The position numbers and the translations under genes are program-made. 64,000 nt of DNA from Blastocladiella emersonii ATCC 22665. Lineage: Eukaryota > Fungi > Blastocladiomycota. The stretch is from the NCBI GenBank assembly GCA_025594325.1, contig JANHCV010000018.1:62001-126000 (forward strand). The letters are read 5' to 3'. A model generated the notes under the pieces. It worked only from the letters and a program-made list of their open reading frames with translations, was not told the DNA's origin and made no database searches. How positions within the stretch are numbered: the first letter of the stretch is position 1; every line of letters starts with the position of its first letter. Shown here piece by piece: positions 46,128 to 60,615 of the stretch.

Positions 46128-49100
46128 ATGATATCGAGACCGCACCTGCTGCAGCCCAGAGCGCGGGCACCAAGACCGCACCTGATGCACCCCGCGCGGC
46201 CGGCATCGTCGAGGCCGCTCGCCGGGGTCGGCCTCGTCATCGTCTTGCTTCTCTTGCTCCAGGCGAATGCGGAAACGTTCAAGGTCGCCGTAAACCTCCC
46301 GTTTGACGACCCCGGTACGTTCGAATGCACGACTCGGGCAAGCAGCGCCTAAAGCTGCCTCCGTCGTAGACTCGGGCCCGTCTGTGCGTGGTATCGCCAA
46401 AGCCCTCCGCCTCATACTGCCCGACATCAATGCGGCCGCTTACCCGCACAACTTCACGCTGGTCGAGATAACGAGCGGACTCAGTGAAATCGAGGCATCG
46501 GTGGCCGGGCAGCGCGCTGCTCTCGACATCGGCGCGCACGCGGTCATAGGGGATTACTGGAGCTCGACTACGATCCCAACTGCACTGTCTCTCGTACGGG
46601 CGCAGGCGTGGCAGTGCTCCGGATCGGCTTCCTCTGCAACGCTCTCGGACAAAATGAACTTCCCGTACTTCTGGCGCTCCATGCCGGACGACCCACAGCA
46701 GGGCCTGCTGCTCGCCCAGTTTCTTCGCAACACCGGCTGGACCATGGTCAACGTGATCTCGTCGGGTGACAGCTACGGACAATCCTTGATGGCTTCGTTC
46801 ACCTCGTCCTGCTCGCAAATGGGTATCACGTTCGCTTCTAAGCACATCTTTCTGCCTGGTCAATCGAACATGTCTGCCGCTCTCGATACCATCAAGGCGA
46901 CGGCCACCGGCATCACGGTGATTCTCTGTCATTCCCCGGATGCACTACGTATCCTTGGGCAAGCCGAGTATGTCTTGATCAGGATCATGTCCACGGACGA
47001 TAACTCACGCGGTGAACGCACCCCACTTGTAGCACAAAGGGCCTAATCGGGCCAGACTACGCATGGGTACGCGTGTGGGCCTTCTTCGCCACGATCTATC
47101 TCGTCGCTGACAGTATTGCTTTCCGAAACAGATTGGAACTGAAGCCATCTCGTACATCTTCAGCCTCGCTGGTGGCGCTTCGGACGCCGTTGCTTTGCGC
47201 GTCACGGATCGCGTCATGTTCAGCTTCCCGCATCAATCCCCTTACAATGCCAACTACACGGCGTTCTTGCAAAAGTGGGACGCAGCTTTCCCCGGGGTGG
47301 ACGTGGAGCCTTACACCACGCTCTACCTCGATTGTCTCTACATGGTGGCACGAGGCCTTGTCAAGGTACGACGTGCCCCGATCCGCGTACAACCATTGCT
47401 GCTGACTAGTTTATCTTCTGGCCGTGTAGCTTTCAAACATGTACGGCCCAGCGGCGGTGACGAACCGTACTTACCCGCACAACCTCAATGACTTTCTGGA
47501 TCCCTTCGCCGGGTACTCTGGCTCCGTCAAGTTCACGAAAGCTGGCGAGCGGATTGGGTGCGGATTACTCCCCTAGTATAGGCCGCTCCGTGTTCATCAT
47601 CTGACGTGCATTTGCTGTAGGGCGTTTGGCATTTACCGATACGAGGCGGGCAAGACCGTCCTGGTGCAGCGACCGGATCTCAACGGGACATTGGTTCCCG
47701 TCGTTCCGCTCGAGTTTTACGGCGGATCGCGCACTCTTCCTCGCGATCGCCCGTACCAGGAGCCTCTCTGGCCGGACTGGACGCGCGCGAGTGTAGCAGT
47801 TCTCGTTGCCTTTGATCTGCTTGCAATGATCGGCATCTTGATGGTCGTCGTCTACTTGACCATTCACCGAGAGACGCGTGTCGTCCGCAATCTGTCTTAT
47901 CCGTTCCTGTGCCTGATCTCGGTCGGTTGCTTGTTGCTCCTGACCAGTAACTTGATGGCAACGGGGGTCGTCACCCCAGTGCGCTGCAACCTCACGCACT
48001 GGCTTTTCTGGAGTGGCATCCTGATCCCGATCTCGGCCTCGGTCGCCAAGGCGTACCGCGTACGTACCGAATAATGTACTTCTTAAGAACGTCGGTCAAG
48101 CTGACACAACCTTCTTGTACGTAGATCTGGCGTATATTTGACAATCGGGCGCTCCTCATCGCGAATCAGCTCAAAAATGGCCCTCTCTTCGCTGGCGTCG
48201 CAGCCGTGCTTGCTGTCGAGTTTCTCATTCTCACGTTCTGGAGTTTCTTTACTCCGGCACAGGTTCAAATGGTCTCGGCGCCCACGTACTACTACTACGA
48301 ATGCACAAACGAGAACTCGTGGAATTACCTTCTTTTCATCGGCGGCTCGATGCTCTGGGCCACGCTGAACTTGATCGTGCTGATGTGGCTCGCCTTCAAG
48401 ACCAGGAACGTGACGTCGCAGCACGGCGAGTCCCGCTACTTGTTCTACACTGCGCAGAACATCTTCTTGACTGGCGGAGTAGTCACGCCGTTCCGCCTCT
48501 TCAACTTTGCCGACCGCACGCTCTCCTCGTTCCTCGTCTCTTCCTGGCTGATCACCTTCTCCGCGCTGTTCATCTTCTTTGCGCTCGTAGGCCGGTTACT
48601 TCCGCTTATCCGCGCAGCTCAACTCACGGCTCCGGCCATCGTCGTTGGGGGCGGCGGTGCAGGAATGCCCCCTGCTGGCGCTGGAACGACTGGGACTGGC
48701 GGGACGACCAACGTTGGGGCGACCACGTTCCGCGGCAGTTCACCGGCGCTGGGAGCGGTTGTTTGCGATTCGGTACGCTCAGGGTGATGCTTAACGACCG
48801 CGACCACGACCACGACCATGACCATGACTAAGTCGATTCGTACCGTTTCACTAGGCAATGCACCTCAAGGCGGCGCTTCCCGTCAAGACCGGACTTGGCT
48901 TCTTCTCGACATGGGTTCTTCATGCCGTGACGTACTGCCAGAAGGAAGGCACGCTGGCCATGGTGCCCGCGCGCGGCCCGCATGGGATTGGAACCGTTGT
49001 CCAAGCTGCGCAGGCGACCATCAGCTCCTCAGGTTCTCATCGTACCATGTGCCTCAAGATTGTCGTTGAGGACCGTGTCTGGCTGCTGCAGTTCTCCAAG

Positions 49101-49532
49101 GAAGAAGACGTCCAGGTCTGGCTTGAAGCGCTCTCAGCGGCACACAACATCACGGCCGGGACGTATGGGACGAACCAAACTGCCGCGGCGATTCCCGGCG
49201 CCGCAGCAATCCACAAGTCGAGCAGCGCGCTTGCTCTCGCGCGAGTTGCTGGGCCAGTCGTCAAAAACACTGGAAGCATTAGTTCCGTCAACGACCCTGA
49301 CAACCCAACAGCTGCCGCTGCTCCTGGTACCGCACGTGGCCACGCCGTACTTACAGCAAATCTGAACTCGAGCCTCAACTTGCTTCCATCCTCTGGGTCG
49401 CAAACTGAGCTTCTCAAGCTGGCCAAAGGTAATCACAGCAGCAGTGTCGTTACTCACGGATCCTCGGCGCGGCCATCAAGCCCGCTCCGCCAGGTTGACG
49501 ACGGCGGAAACGACAGCGATAGTGACTGTTGA
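46128..49532 (+). CDS. Class C (GABA-B-like) GPCR: Venus-flytrap ligand-binding domain + 7TM + C-terminal PH-like domain, multi-exon
   Basis: Signal/TM segment, then AVIGDYWSSTT...QCSGSASSATLSDK..FPYFWRSMPDD (ANF-receptor/PBP1 type). The 7TM region includes VRNLSYPFLCLISVG, CNLTHWLF and AKAYRIWRIFDN. The tail ends in WLLQFSKEEDVQVWLEAL, resembling the PH terminal helix. Confidence 0.85.
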
Positions 49533-49974
49533 CGGTTGTATCCACTGCTGCAATGATTTAAAACCATACCATTGACAAAACCTTGTACTTGGAATAATGT
49601 TGGGCATGAAGACTTTGTCGTTGAATCGCAAATGTGGCGCGACGCGTCGTGGAACGCGGTGACCCATATCAAACGAGTCCGTCACATCGATTAAGCGCTT
49701 TGGTGCTGTCCTTGTGTGCGGTGTCAGGAGGTGATGTTTCGCGGAGACCCGCACGAACGAGTGGCATGAGAAGGTTCTACGGATGACGAACGGCAGATGA
49801 GAGCGAGAACGACGCGCGTACGAGAGTTCAGTTCAGTTCGCTCACCACGGAGGGCCAGCCGCACCGCCGCGCCGCAACCGAACCCTGAAGAGCGCGAACA
49901 AGACGTTGATCAACCACAACGACGGCGGTTCTCTATTGAGTAGGGGTGAGGCCAAGCAGACTAGACTGCAGCTG

Positions 49975-51275
49975 CTAGGAGGACAGGGCGGCGGCGGGCG
50001 TCATGTACGGCTTGATGTGGGCGTACTCGTCGTCCGACTGGTCCCACGGGATCGTCACGGACACGCTGCCCGACACGGACGTGACCTCGTGCAGCCACCC
50101 GGGCGGCGTGTACAGCGCGTCGCCCGGCTCGAGCAGCGTGCCGAACGGCTCGGCCTCGCGCACCCGCGGGAACTTGGCCAGCGTCCACGCCACCGCCTCG
50201 GCGGTCCCGTCGTGGCCGTCGCCACCGTTGGCGCGGTCGCTGTTTGTGAAGGCGGCCGTGCGCTCGCCCGTCCGCGCGCTGATGCCGTACAGCTGCGTCA
50301 CGTTTGGGACGCGGCTGACGTGCGACGGCAGGCTCGGCGAGTTGGACAGGTACAGGTTGCCCGTGTCCTCGGCGTCAAACTGCATGAAGTACTTGGCCCC
50401 GATGATCTGGAGCAGGAACCCGTGGCACCGGTCGTAGTGCAGCCTGTCGGTGTCAGTGTGGTCAGTGTGGTTAGTTCCAGGGTTGCAGGGGGCAGCGATC
50501 GTCGCGTCAGCACGCTGTTAGTGGGCCGGTCGCAGGCAGGCTAGGCTAGGCTGGGCCCACTGAAGGGTGGCCGGCCAAACGCAGTGGGGGAGAAAAAGTC
50601 GTCGTACGGCGTGACGCATCCGGGCGACGAGACCCACGCCTTGACGAGCGCCGGGTTGATCCGGTCCTGGTCGGGGACCGTGAGGCAGCTGGGCCGCAGC
50701 AGCGCCTCGATCTGCAGCGAGTCGCGGAGCGGTTCCGGGACCACGGCGCGGTAGTACATGCGGCGATGCTCGCTGCCGCCCCGCTCGGTCTCGGTCGCGG
50801 TCACGGTCACGGTCCCGTTCCCGGTCCCGGTCACAGCAGCAGTGGCGGGAGGTGCTTGGCGCAGCAGGACGTGCCCGACGAGCTCGCGCGTGTCCACGGA
50901 CTCGCGGGAGGTGAACCGGTCGTCGTCGACAAAGGATCGCCCGTCGCGCGCACGGAGCACCTCGACGGAGACGGTCTGCGCCGGCGGGGCCCGCTCGCCG
51001 TCCTCGCCGTCCTCGCCGCTGCCAGCACCGCTCGCGCCGAACGGGAGCAGGTGCCGTACGAGTCCAGAGCGCTCGGGCGCGCCGTACAGGTCGGGCCCCG
51101 TCCAGGCCGCGAGCGCCGCCGCCGGGAGGAAGCGCTTGATCAGCAGCGGGCGGCGGTTGCGGAACCGGGCAAAGAGCTCGGGCGTGAGCTCGCTGGCGGC
51201 GACGACCTTGGGCGGCCGCGGGGCAGGGAGTGGCATAGCGGTGGTGATCGTGTTTCGCTGCATTGGATGATACAT
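49975..51275 (-). CDS. JmjC-domain oxygenase (arm copy 2)
   Basis: Mirror of 34148-35448 with identical ORF translations. Confidence 0.88.
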
Positions 51276-53757
51276 CTAGCGTGACGATGCGGAGCTCGCA
51301 CCACCGCCGCCGAAACCTTCGCGGGCCATCGGCCTTCGGAGTGCGCGGCCTTCGGCTTCGGAGTGTGTGGCCTTGGTGGCGGCGGCGGCTTTCGTGGCGG
51401 CGCCCAGCAGCGGGCATCAGGTGAGTGGCGCTGCGCGACCGAACGCAGCCCTCGCTGAGGGAGAGAGCCCGCTGATGATCCTGGAGCTGATCTCTCGGGA
51501 ACGCTGCTTGATGCTTGATGCTTGATGAATGAATACTGGCCTCGTTGCTGACCACACCGGAGAGTCGTCGATTCACATGAACGTGAATGGCGCAACGCGG
51601 CTCCGTGAGACGCGTCGTCAAGAGGAACCGAGCCGCTGAAGCCTTGACAAGGACGGACTCGTTGGCGCGGTCCATGAGAGCGTAGTGATACAATCAAAAC
51701 TGGATCTATGCCTACAACAAACTAGGGGTACAGTACAGACTCGACCGACCGACATGAGGAACGACCACTCCGCGCGTGCTCCCGCGCGCGTCAAACCGTG
51801 TCGGTCAATCTTGGTCGATGGACGCCGGGCGGACGTCCGGAAGGCTGGTTCCGGGAGGTGCTCTAGGTCTCCTGGACCGCCGAGTCGCCGTCGAGTCGAG
51901 TCGAGTCGAGGCCGAACAGCGCGTCGCGCGAGACGCGGGCGCCTTGGGACCGGGTGGCGGCGAGTTGATCGTGATGATGCCGTGGCGCACATCTACACGT
52001 CGGAGCGAACCGATCAGTCAGTACAATGGTCGAGGCGACGAGGAACGAAGAGGAGCGTACGTTGCGCCAAAGGACCTGATGGGCTGCACCGGAATCGAGG
52101 CGCGGGATCGGGACCAGGCTGAAGAACCGCGCGCGAGTAGCTGAGGTCGAAACCGGATGCTGGTTGCTGCTGCTGCTGCTGCTGCTGCTGGCGACCCCGA
52201 CCGAGCCTACACGCACGTCGGAAAACGAGCAAGTCAGCCCATGGATTCGTCGCGCGACGACGAGGCGAGAAAGAGACGTACATGTCGAGAGCTTGGTCGC
52301 TGCGCCTGAAGTACTCGGGCGGCATCAACCCGATCACGGCCGACGGGCTCACGGGGACGCGGGCCGAGGCCGCGAGACACCGGCTGCGCAGCTGCAGCAG
52401 AAACGGTGTCTCCTGGTGACGATCGGGACAGTGCGATCCGCGGACTGCGTCTGCCCGACTCCCCAGCCGGTCGAACCGGTTCTCCGCGGGTCTCGGTTCG
52501 TAGGCGGCCAATCACGCAGGGTGAAAGGCGGCTCTACGCCGGCCCTGGCACACTCAGCTGAGTGGCCGGATTCTGCGCAGAGGACCTGTCGACGGCGACG
52601 GCGTACCCCCAGCACGGTGGAACGTGGAACGGGGTCGCATGCGTGCGCCGAAGCGAACGATACCGAACGGCTACTACAATGTGTTGATCATCATCATCAT
52701 CCCGCGTGTCAGCGGCGATCGCAGCGCGCATCCCGACCGGTGGCGATGCGCGCAGACCGCCCGCAAACTGACTTGAAGTGGTGGACGCGAGGCATCCGCC
52801 CGGCTCGAGGCTCTCGGAGCCGCGAAAACGAGCCGTACGGGCCAGGAGCCGCGCACTGACTACACGATGGAGAGTACGCGAACGAGGTCTGTCAGTATCA
52901 GTACACACACGCGAGAGAGAGACTGAGACCGTCAAGCGATGCGAGAAACGTACGTGATGCGCGGCAGCTGGGTTGGGCCCCCGCCTGCAAAGGGGGGCCG
53001 CAGAGCCCGCAGCACAATGGCGGTACACAGCGCGCGACCCGACCCGGTGCGCGCGCCGACCAGGATGTGCCGCGGGGAGGCCGACGAATCGCTACGCAGA
53101 GACATGGCGAAGCGAAACGCAGCGGTGCACGACTCGTTCCGCGGGTGGCGAAGCGAGACGCAGCGTGACGGACCTTATGGGCGTGCAGGGCACCTCCGTC
53201 TTCGTCCTCGGCACACGACTCAGCGGTCGAGGCCGGAAGAAATCGAGTAGTCGTAGTAGGTTTATCAGCCACGCCTACCTTGGGCGCGGACCGAGCCGAG
53301 CAGCGCGCCGCCGCGGTCGGAGCACGAGGGCGGCGGCGGCGGCGTCAGTCGACTGCAGGGTCGCGCGCGCGCAGATGGCGGGCTGAAAGGGTCGGGATGG
53401 TCGGTGGAAGCCAGCGAGGAGCAGTACCCGCGGGCGCGCCGGCGGCCGATGGACCCGCGGCTGCAGTCTGGCAGCCGCGGTGGCGGCGGACGCGCGGGGG
53501 GTCCTGAGTGGACGCGGGGGTGCTGCTGCTCGGGAATCAAAAGACGGCCGAGGATACCGGTGTCGTGCCGGGCGACGAGAGCGAGCAGGCGAACACGCGC
53601 GAACGAGCATGTTGGGGTCGTGCTCGTCGGGGATTGCCTGTCATCATCGTCGTCGTCGTCGCCGTAGTCGCCGCGGTGGTGGTGGCGATGGAACCCGCAG
53701 GCGCCGCGCGGTAGGAGCTTGGGTTGCGCGGCGCGGCGGGCTCGAGGCGGGGGCACG

Positions 53758-56178
53758 ACGGGCGCGGATCTCGGAGGCGTCGTAGCTAATCGTGACGAGC
53801 TGAACCGCGTACAGCTGCTGGACGAACTCGAGCTCGATAACTGGAGCGAGTTGTCGGTCGAGCTGCTGCGTGAGGATCGGGGCCGAGCGAGCGGTCGAGG
53901 GCGGCGACGCGAGTGATCGAGTGCGTCGCGCGCACGGCTCGCTCAGTCCACGCGGATCTGCTGGTCGGGCACGCCAGCGCGCGCGCGCGGGCGGACAGGC
54001 GGGTCATGAGGAGCAGAGACGAGAAGCCGTGCGAGGCCAGGACGGCGGAGAGGTGCGGGAAGGAAACAGGTGTCGCGTGCTGGCTTGGGAGCACAAGCAT
54101 GGCCGACGACGCCGTTTCCCACCTCTCGCCATCCATTGACATGGGCGTGGCCTCGCTCGGAAACCGTCGGACCCGGACGTGTGTGTGTGCGTGCGTGTAC
54201 GCGCGCGCTCGAGGTGCTGGAAATCGCAATCGAGTCGAGCTTGACTTGACTGGACTTGACTTGACGGTCGGAGCGGCGAGCAGGAAGGCCGTGCTCGCAG
54301 GCCGACGGTAGCGCACCGCGTGGGCCGGCTGACTCGAGAAGAAGTGCACGAGTACAGCTGCAGCGGGCGGGAAGGAAGTGATCTATCTCGAGCGTGACGT
54401 AATGCTGTGTGACGTCGACGCGAGAATCTTGATGGACGAGAGCCGCGCGAGCTGCTCCTGGTACTGCGACTGGCCGAGGGACCAGGTGACGAGGTCGCGA
54501 GCAAGGTCGCGGTGGCGGTGGCGAGGTTGTGGATGGTCATGGCCGCGAGGCGACAGGTCGTCGTCGTCGTCGTCGTCGTGGCTGCAGGACGACGGGTCTT
54601 GAGAAAGACGCGACCGTGGCCATGGCCGTCGTCGTAGTGTGCGCGCATATACTGGGCGCGGGTCTCGCCGAGCGAGCGAGCGAGAACTGGAGTACGTCAA
54701 TGACGCACTCAGCAAAGAAAGAACTACAGTCATGGAAGCGAGGTCGGTTGGTCAGCTGCGGCCATCGACGCATCAAGTCAGCGAGCCGTACCAATGGGCG
54801 GGTCTACGAGTCGCGAGACACCCGCGGTCGCAATCGACATGAACGTGTACGTGTACGTGTACGTGTACGTGTACGTGAACGAAAACGTGAAGAAGCAGAT
54901 GCCGGCGCCTTGAGAAAAGCGCGCGGATACACGACAAAGCAGGAAGAAGTACTCCCCATTGGCTTGGCATCGGGCACAGGTGCTGGATCTGGGCGGTGCT
55001 CGCGCTCCGAGGGGCAGTCAGCGTCCACGGCTGCTGCGCCTCGCGATCGTCATCAGGTCCCGCGGAAGTGAGCATGCGGGGCGATCGAGAAGTAGTAAGT
55101 AGTAGAGCGGTGCGAGCGCTGTGGGCCGATGCCGTCCTTGTCAATGAAGCGTGGACGAGAGTGATCCCGGCCTTGGGTCGTGCTGGCGAGAAGCGCCGGA
55201 CTCGCGGCGGTACTGGGCTGCGAGTCGGCGCGGGGGCTCGCCCGGGTCAGGCTGAGCAGGAGGTTGACCGAAAGCAATGGTTGGTCGTGGCGCAAGCGCG
55301 TGGTCCCGAAGTGCATGAGACGACGCGAAAGCGCGCCGCGACGCTGGCGGATCAGCCCGGCTGCCGTAGTACGACGACGTACAGGAGCTGGGTGCGGCCG
55401 CAGTCGAGCCAAAATTCCAAAGAAGAACACATGGGCATTCGAGGCACGGAATGCACTCTACACGGGCAAGACGACGAACCGAGTCAGTTGGCCGTGGTCG
55501 TGGTCGTGTCCATCAAGGTGAGCAGCAGCCCGAGATCCGTACCGAGACCGTGAACGAGCAAAATCAAAGAAATGAACGAGATCGGGAACGCACAAAGGGG
55601 CGCAACCGGCAGATGACAACGACGGGAATGTCGGTCAAAGGTACGACAGTGGTGGTGATGAAGACGCCAGCGCGCGGGACCATGGAGCTCGATGGACGGG
55701 CGCCGGGCGCGTGCTGGATCTTGGTGTGGTGTGGCGCGGGTCGCGACTCGAGGGGCTGGTACTGGTAGTACCGGCGGTGCGCGAACCCGGCGTACGCGTG
55801 GCGCGGGGGCCGTCGATGCGGCACATGAGCTGCGAGACGATCCCTCGTGGTCGCGGCTGTCAGTTGACCTGGCCGAGAGCGCGAGCGCGAGCGTGCCGCC
55901 GTAGTTGGGCGTGGCGGCGAGGATCGACAAAGTCGACGGCATGCTCGGGGCTGAATGACGCGCGCGAGATCGACGACAACCTTCCCACTGGATCGGCATT
56001 GGTGCAGATGAACGTATGACGTTCGGGGCCACTCCGAGAGCTTTGGCGGCGTCCACGGGTCCGCCGCTCTCGCCCGACCCCACAAAAGTACGGATGTACG
56101 GGGGTCGAGGCCGCGGGAGCGAGTGGGGCAATGCACCGATGCCGTCCGTACCAGTGGGTCGTGGACGTGAGGTTGGCC
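53758..56178 (-). repeat. Degenerate intron-containing dispersed repeat, copy 3 (inside right arm)
   Basis: Mirror of 29245-31665. Confidence 0.85.
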
Positions 56179-57153
56179 GGCTGGTCGGCCGGCGCGTCGC
56201 CGTACGAGCGGGCAGGACGGCGAGCGCGCGCGTGTGTGTGCGCGAGATGCGCTCGGTGCAGGGTGCTGCGACGACGACTCGATCAGGACGAGGCAATCTT
56301 GGCGTGCGTCCGATGATGGCGGTGATGACGCGCGAGTCGTTCGTGTAGCGGGTAAGGGCCGACGCTGCCGAGGCAGCGAGCAGGTGGTAATCGTCCTAGG
56401 CCGCCGCCGTCGTGGTCGGCGCCGTAGCGGCGCTGGGCGCCATGGCCGTAGCAGCGGCGCCGTCGATGATGAGCGGGTGAGCGGGCCAATCTGCGCCAGC
56501 GCTGGTGGCGTGCGATGGGCGACGAGTGTGCGCGATCGCGCAGGACCACGCGCGCGCGGTGCCGGAACCGGAACCGGACGTTGAGCCGCCGAAACGACGA
56601 CGAGCTTGCGCGTGGTCATGGCCGCTGCCGCCGGGGAGGTCGAGCCATGCGGAGCTGGCCGGAGCCGCCCGCCGTCTGCGGGACCTTGACCTTCGGCCTA
56701 GACCGCGAACAGCGCGGCCGCGAGAGCGAGGCCACACAGCGCGAGGGGGCCGTGACGGCGGCGGATGCGCGTGTACACGCGTATCCACGGGCCGTAGATG
56801 AGGCGCGCTCGAGCGCCTAGTTGAACGTCTCCTTTTTTTTTGTACTTTCGGGGTTTACGGGTGCGTGTTTTTTGGCCGACACCAGAGAGGATATCGGGAG
56901 GATTTTGTCGTTTTACTACACGGCCGGCGAGCAAAAGTGAGTGAGCCTTGGGGGCCTCGGGACGCGGCAGTCAAGAGCGGGCAACGTACGAGAACAGGAA
57001 AGGGTCGCGATGGCGAGTCGAGCACACGATCAAAGAGAGTCGGGTACGCGACGACGACACACACGCAAAAAGTCCAAACAGACGAGAGGAGGGAGGCAAA
57101 GACGAGGATGAAGAGGTGAAGATGATGAGGATGGTCCGAGGACCAAGGACCGA

Positions 57154-60100
57154 CTACCACTGGTACACGTATTCCGGGTTGGACTCGCGGAACTTGCGCA
57201 TGTTGCGCCGGTCGCGCTTGCTCGTCTTGAAGCAGAACGGCCCCTCGAGGTCCTCCTCGGGAATCGTGATCTCCTCCTCCTCGTCCTCGCGGTCGTCGCG
57301 GTCCTCGGGCAGCGCGTCGTCCCACAGGGTGGAGCTCGGGAACTTGCGCACCCCGAACTCATCGAACGACTTCCATGGCGTGGGAATCTTGTCGCCGTAC
57401 GCGTTGGCCTTGCGCGCGAAGATCGAGTTGGCCACGTCCGTGTTGCGTCGCGAGATGTTGACCATGCCGAACGCGGACATGGTCATCCACGGCAAGAAGC
57501 GGCGCGACGCGATGATGAGGGGCTCGGGGTTGCCCGTGTCGAGCGTCATGAGCGTCGGGTACTCGTTCAGCGTGACGGGCTCGCAGTCGGGCGTCGACTC
57601 GGGCGTCGACTCGGGCGCGGCCGCATAGGGCGCCGCGTCTTGCACCAGCTCCGAGGACTCGGCGTCGTCGTCGTCGTCGTCCATCATCGTGGTCCAGTCC
57701 GGGGTCTTGGAGGCGGCCACCGGGTTGCTCGACGCGCCGACCGTCGTGGGCTGCTGCTGCTGCTGCTGCTGCGGCTTGGGTACAGGCACGTAGATGGCGC
57801 GCTCATCGCAGTTCGGGATGCTGTCGCGGAACAGCGTGAGCTCCTCGGACATGAGCCGCGCGACGAACTCGAGATCCTTGGACGCGTGGTCCATGCGCAG
57901 GCGCGTGTCGGGCGGCGGCACAACGGCGGGCGGCGGCGGGACCAAAGGATACAGGTGGTGGGTCCCGGCCTTTTGGACCACTTTGTACGCGCCTACCAGC
58001 GCGCTGGCATTGCGGCCGGCGAAGGGGAACTTGGGCAGCTGGTACGCCTGGCGGATCGTGCGAGTGTACTCGCGCATTTCGCACTTGGTGTACGGCACGC
58101 GGTGCTTGCCGGGCACGGCAGCGTCCGCCACCTGCAGCTTCTCCTTGGAGAGCACGGCCTGGACCTGGGTCTCGGACTGCGAGTCGGCGGCGTCGGTCAC
58201 GTCGGCCTCGGGCTGCTCGACTTGCTGCTGGATCTTGACGGCGGCGGGCGTGGCCTCGGGCTGCTGCTGCTGCTGCTGCTGGATGTTGATGGCGTCGGGC
58301 GTGGCCTCGGGCTGCTGCTGCTGCTGCTGCTGCTGGATGTTGACGGCGTCGGGCGTGGCCTCGGGCTGCTGCTGCTGCTGCTGCTGCTGGATGTCGACGG
58401 CGTCGGGGGTGGCCTCGGGCTGCTGCTCCTGGATGGCATCGGCGAGGATGGACGACGACTTGGTCTCGGCGGACGCCTTGAGCGCCTCGCGGGCCTCGCG
58501 GGCCTTGAGCGCGTTGCGCGCCTTGCGCGCCTTCTTCTTCTCGTACGCCTGCTTCTTCTTCATGGACGCCTGCATCTCCGACGCCTGCATCTTGGCCTCC
58601 TCCATCTCGGGCACCAGCTCCAGCTCCGGCACCGACACGGCGGGCTGGACGCGGTCCTCGGTCGCGACGTGGTAGACGGAGATCAGCTCGAGGATGGCCA
58701 CGTAAACGGACAGCTGGTCGACGGGCGACAGGTGCTCGGCGGCGAGCGTGCCGCACCCGAGGTAGACGAGCGGGGCAATGATGTCGACGGCCATGTGGAT
58801 GCGGGGGCTCGCGGACACGACCGTGAGGGCCACGCGGGCGCGCGTCTCGCGCGCCGATGAGCAAACCAAGTGCATCAGCGAGGTCGCGGCGTACTTGCCG
58901 GCGATCAGGCGCGAGAACATGGAGGCGACGACGCGCTTGCCCGCGAGGTACGCGAGCTGAGCAGGGCAAACGACCATGGCGGCGAGGATCGTGATGACCG
59001 AGCCGGGGATGATAAACAGCGCGGCCAGAATGCTATAGAGATCCAAGAGTCAGCAACGGGTTCCCCCGAATCCGGGAGACCAGAAAGCGTACCGCTTGCA
59101 GAAACGCGTCTCGGCGATCGTACGGCCGGCGGCGACGAGGCGGGCGGCGGCGGCGGAGCGCATGACGGGCGGCAGCAGGCTGCAGCCGGCGCGCTTGGCG
59201 ACGGATCCGACGGCGAGCGCCATGATCCCAACGATCCCGAGGAAGGTGGGCGGGACCGAAAGCCGTGCCGGAGCGACGTGGGCGATCAGGGCGCACAAGA
59301 CCGAGTGGATGGGCTCGAGGAGGTGGCCGATCTGGGTGAGGTCGACGAAGTCAACGAGGTCGGCGGCGAGCGACAGGACGGGCGGCTGCTGGTGCTCCTG
59401 CTCCTGCTCCTTTTTCTGCGCCGTCGGCGGCGCGGCCATCGAGTCGTCGCTGTTGCTGGAGGTGGCAATGTCGACGGGACGGTCGCCGTCCTCGTACGGC
59501 GAGCCGGGTGCCGAGGTGGCCTCGGGGGCCCGCATCATGGCCAGCTTGGCGAGGTCGCGCGCGGCTCCCATGGGCGGCGGGGGCGGCACCGTGAGGAACG
59601 AGATGTCGTCGGCGTTACCGTTGACGGTCGATTGGCCGCCGATGTACGCGCGCGACGGGACGCGCTGGATGACAATGACGGGCTCAGGCTCGGGCTCGGT
59701 CTGGACCGGGTTGATGACGGCCGCGATGGCCATGCCCGTGAGCGAGAACTCGCGGCCGACGCACGCGCCGTGCGGAATGGCGGCGACCATGTCCATGAAC
59801 TGCGCGACGCGCGCCGCGTCGAGCGTGGACACGGAGTCGAGTTTGCGGGGCAGGTCCGAGGTGGTCAGGACCGCCGGTTTCAGCTGCTGGTCGGGCTGCT
59901 GCTGGTCGGGCTGCTGCTGGTCGAGCTGCTCGTGCGGCTGCACGGCCGCGGGCGAGGACGCCTCGGCGGCGGCTGCGGTGGCGACGACCACGTCGGTCGT
60001 GTCGTTGGTCACGGCCTGGTCGATGACGGGGATCTCAATCTCGGTCTCGGACTTGGTCTGCTCGGCCAGCTCGGTGACGTCGGCGGCGACCTCGGGCAGG

Positions 60101-60615
60101 TGGTCGACGGGGCCGGTCGACTTGGCGTCGTCGACCTCGCCGGGAGCGGTCGCGTTGAGGGCGACGGCCGCCGACGGCGCGTACTCGTGGTAGAGCGCGC
60201 GCGCCTTGACGACGAGCCAGAGCGTGTTCTCGTTCCGGGTCTCGGGCATGACGACGGCGAGGTCCGAGATCCACGTCCACGGCCACGCCGAGGCGTGCGG
60301 CGTGTACGAGCCGAGCGGGTGGGACGTGTACGAGCCGAGCGAGGGCCTGTCCGCGATGCGGCACATGCCGAGCGTGGACGACGAGTTGGACGAGACGAGC
60401 GCCGACGCGTTCGCGGACGAATAGAAGGAAACCGAGACGGGGGCGGCAGCCGAGTGGCGGGCGGGGGACGTCGGGGCCGAGGCGGCAGCGCTCACGGCGG
60501 ACATGGCGGCCGCGATGGGCAGGCCGAGGGCCGAGCCGACGGCGAGCACCATGAATGCGCCCATGGCGAGCGCGATCGCCAGCATCTGGCGGATCGGGTC
60601 GCTGCGGGACCACAT
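57154..60615 (-). CDS. Orphan polyQ-repeat membrane protein (arm copy 2)
   Basis: Mirror of 24808-28269 with intron 59033-59092. One V>I change in the third repeat (DAVNI to DAINI). Confidence 0.75.

Noticed and set aside
35667-49756. Mating-type locus in the spacer
   Set aside because: No HMG-box, homeodomain, alpha-box or pheromone precursor was recognised. The GPCR is class C, not a Ste2/Ste3-type receptor.
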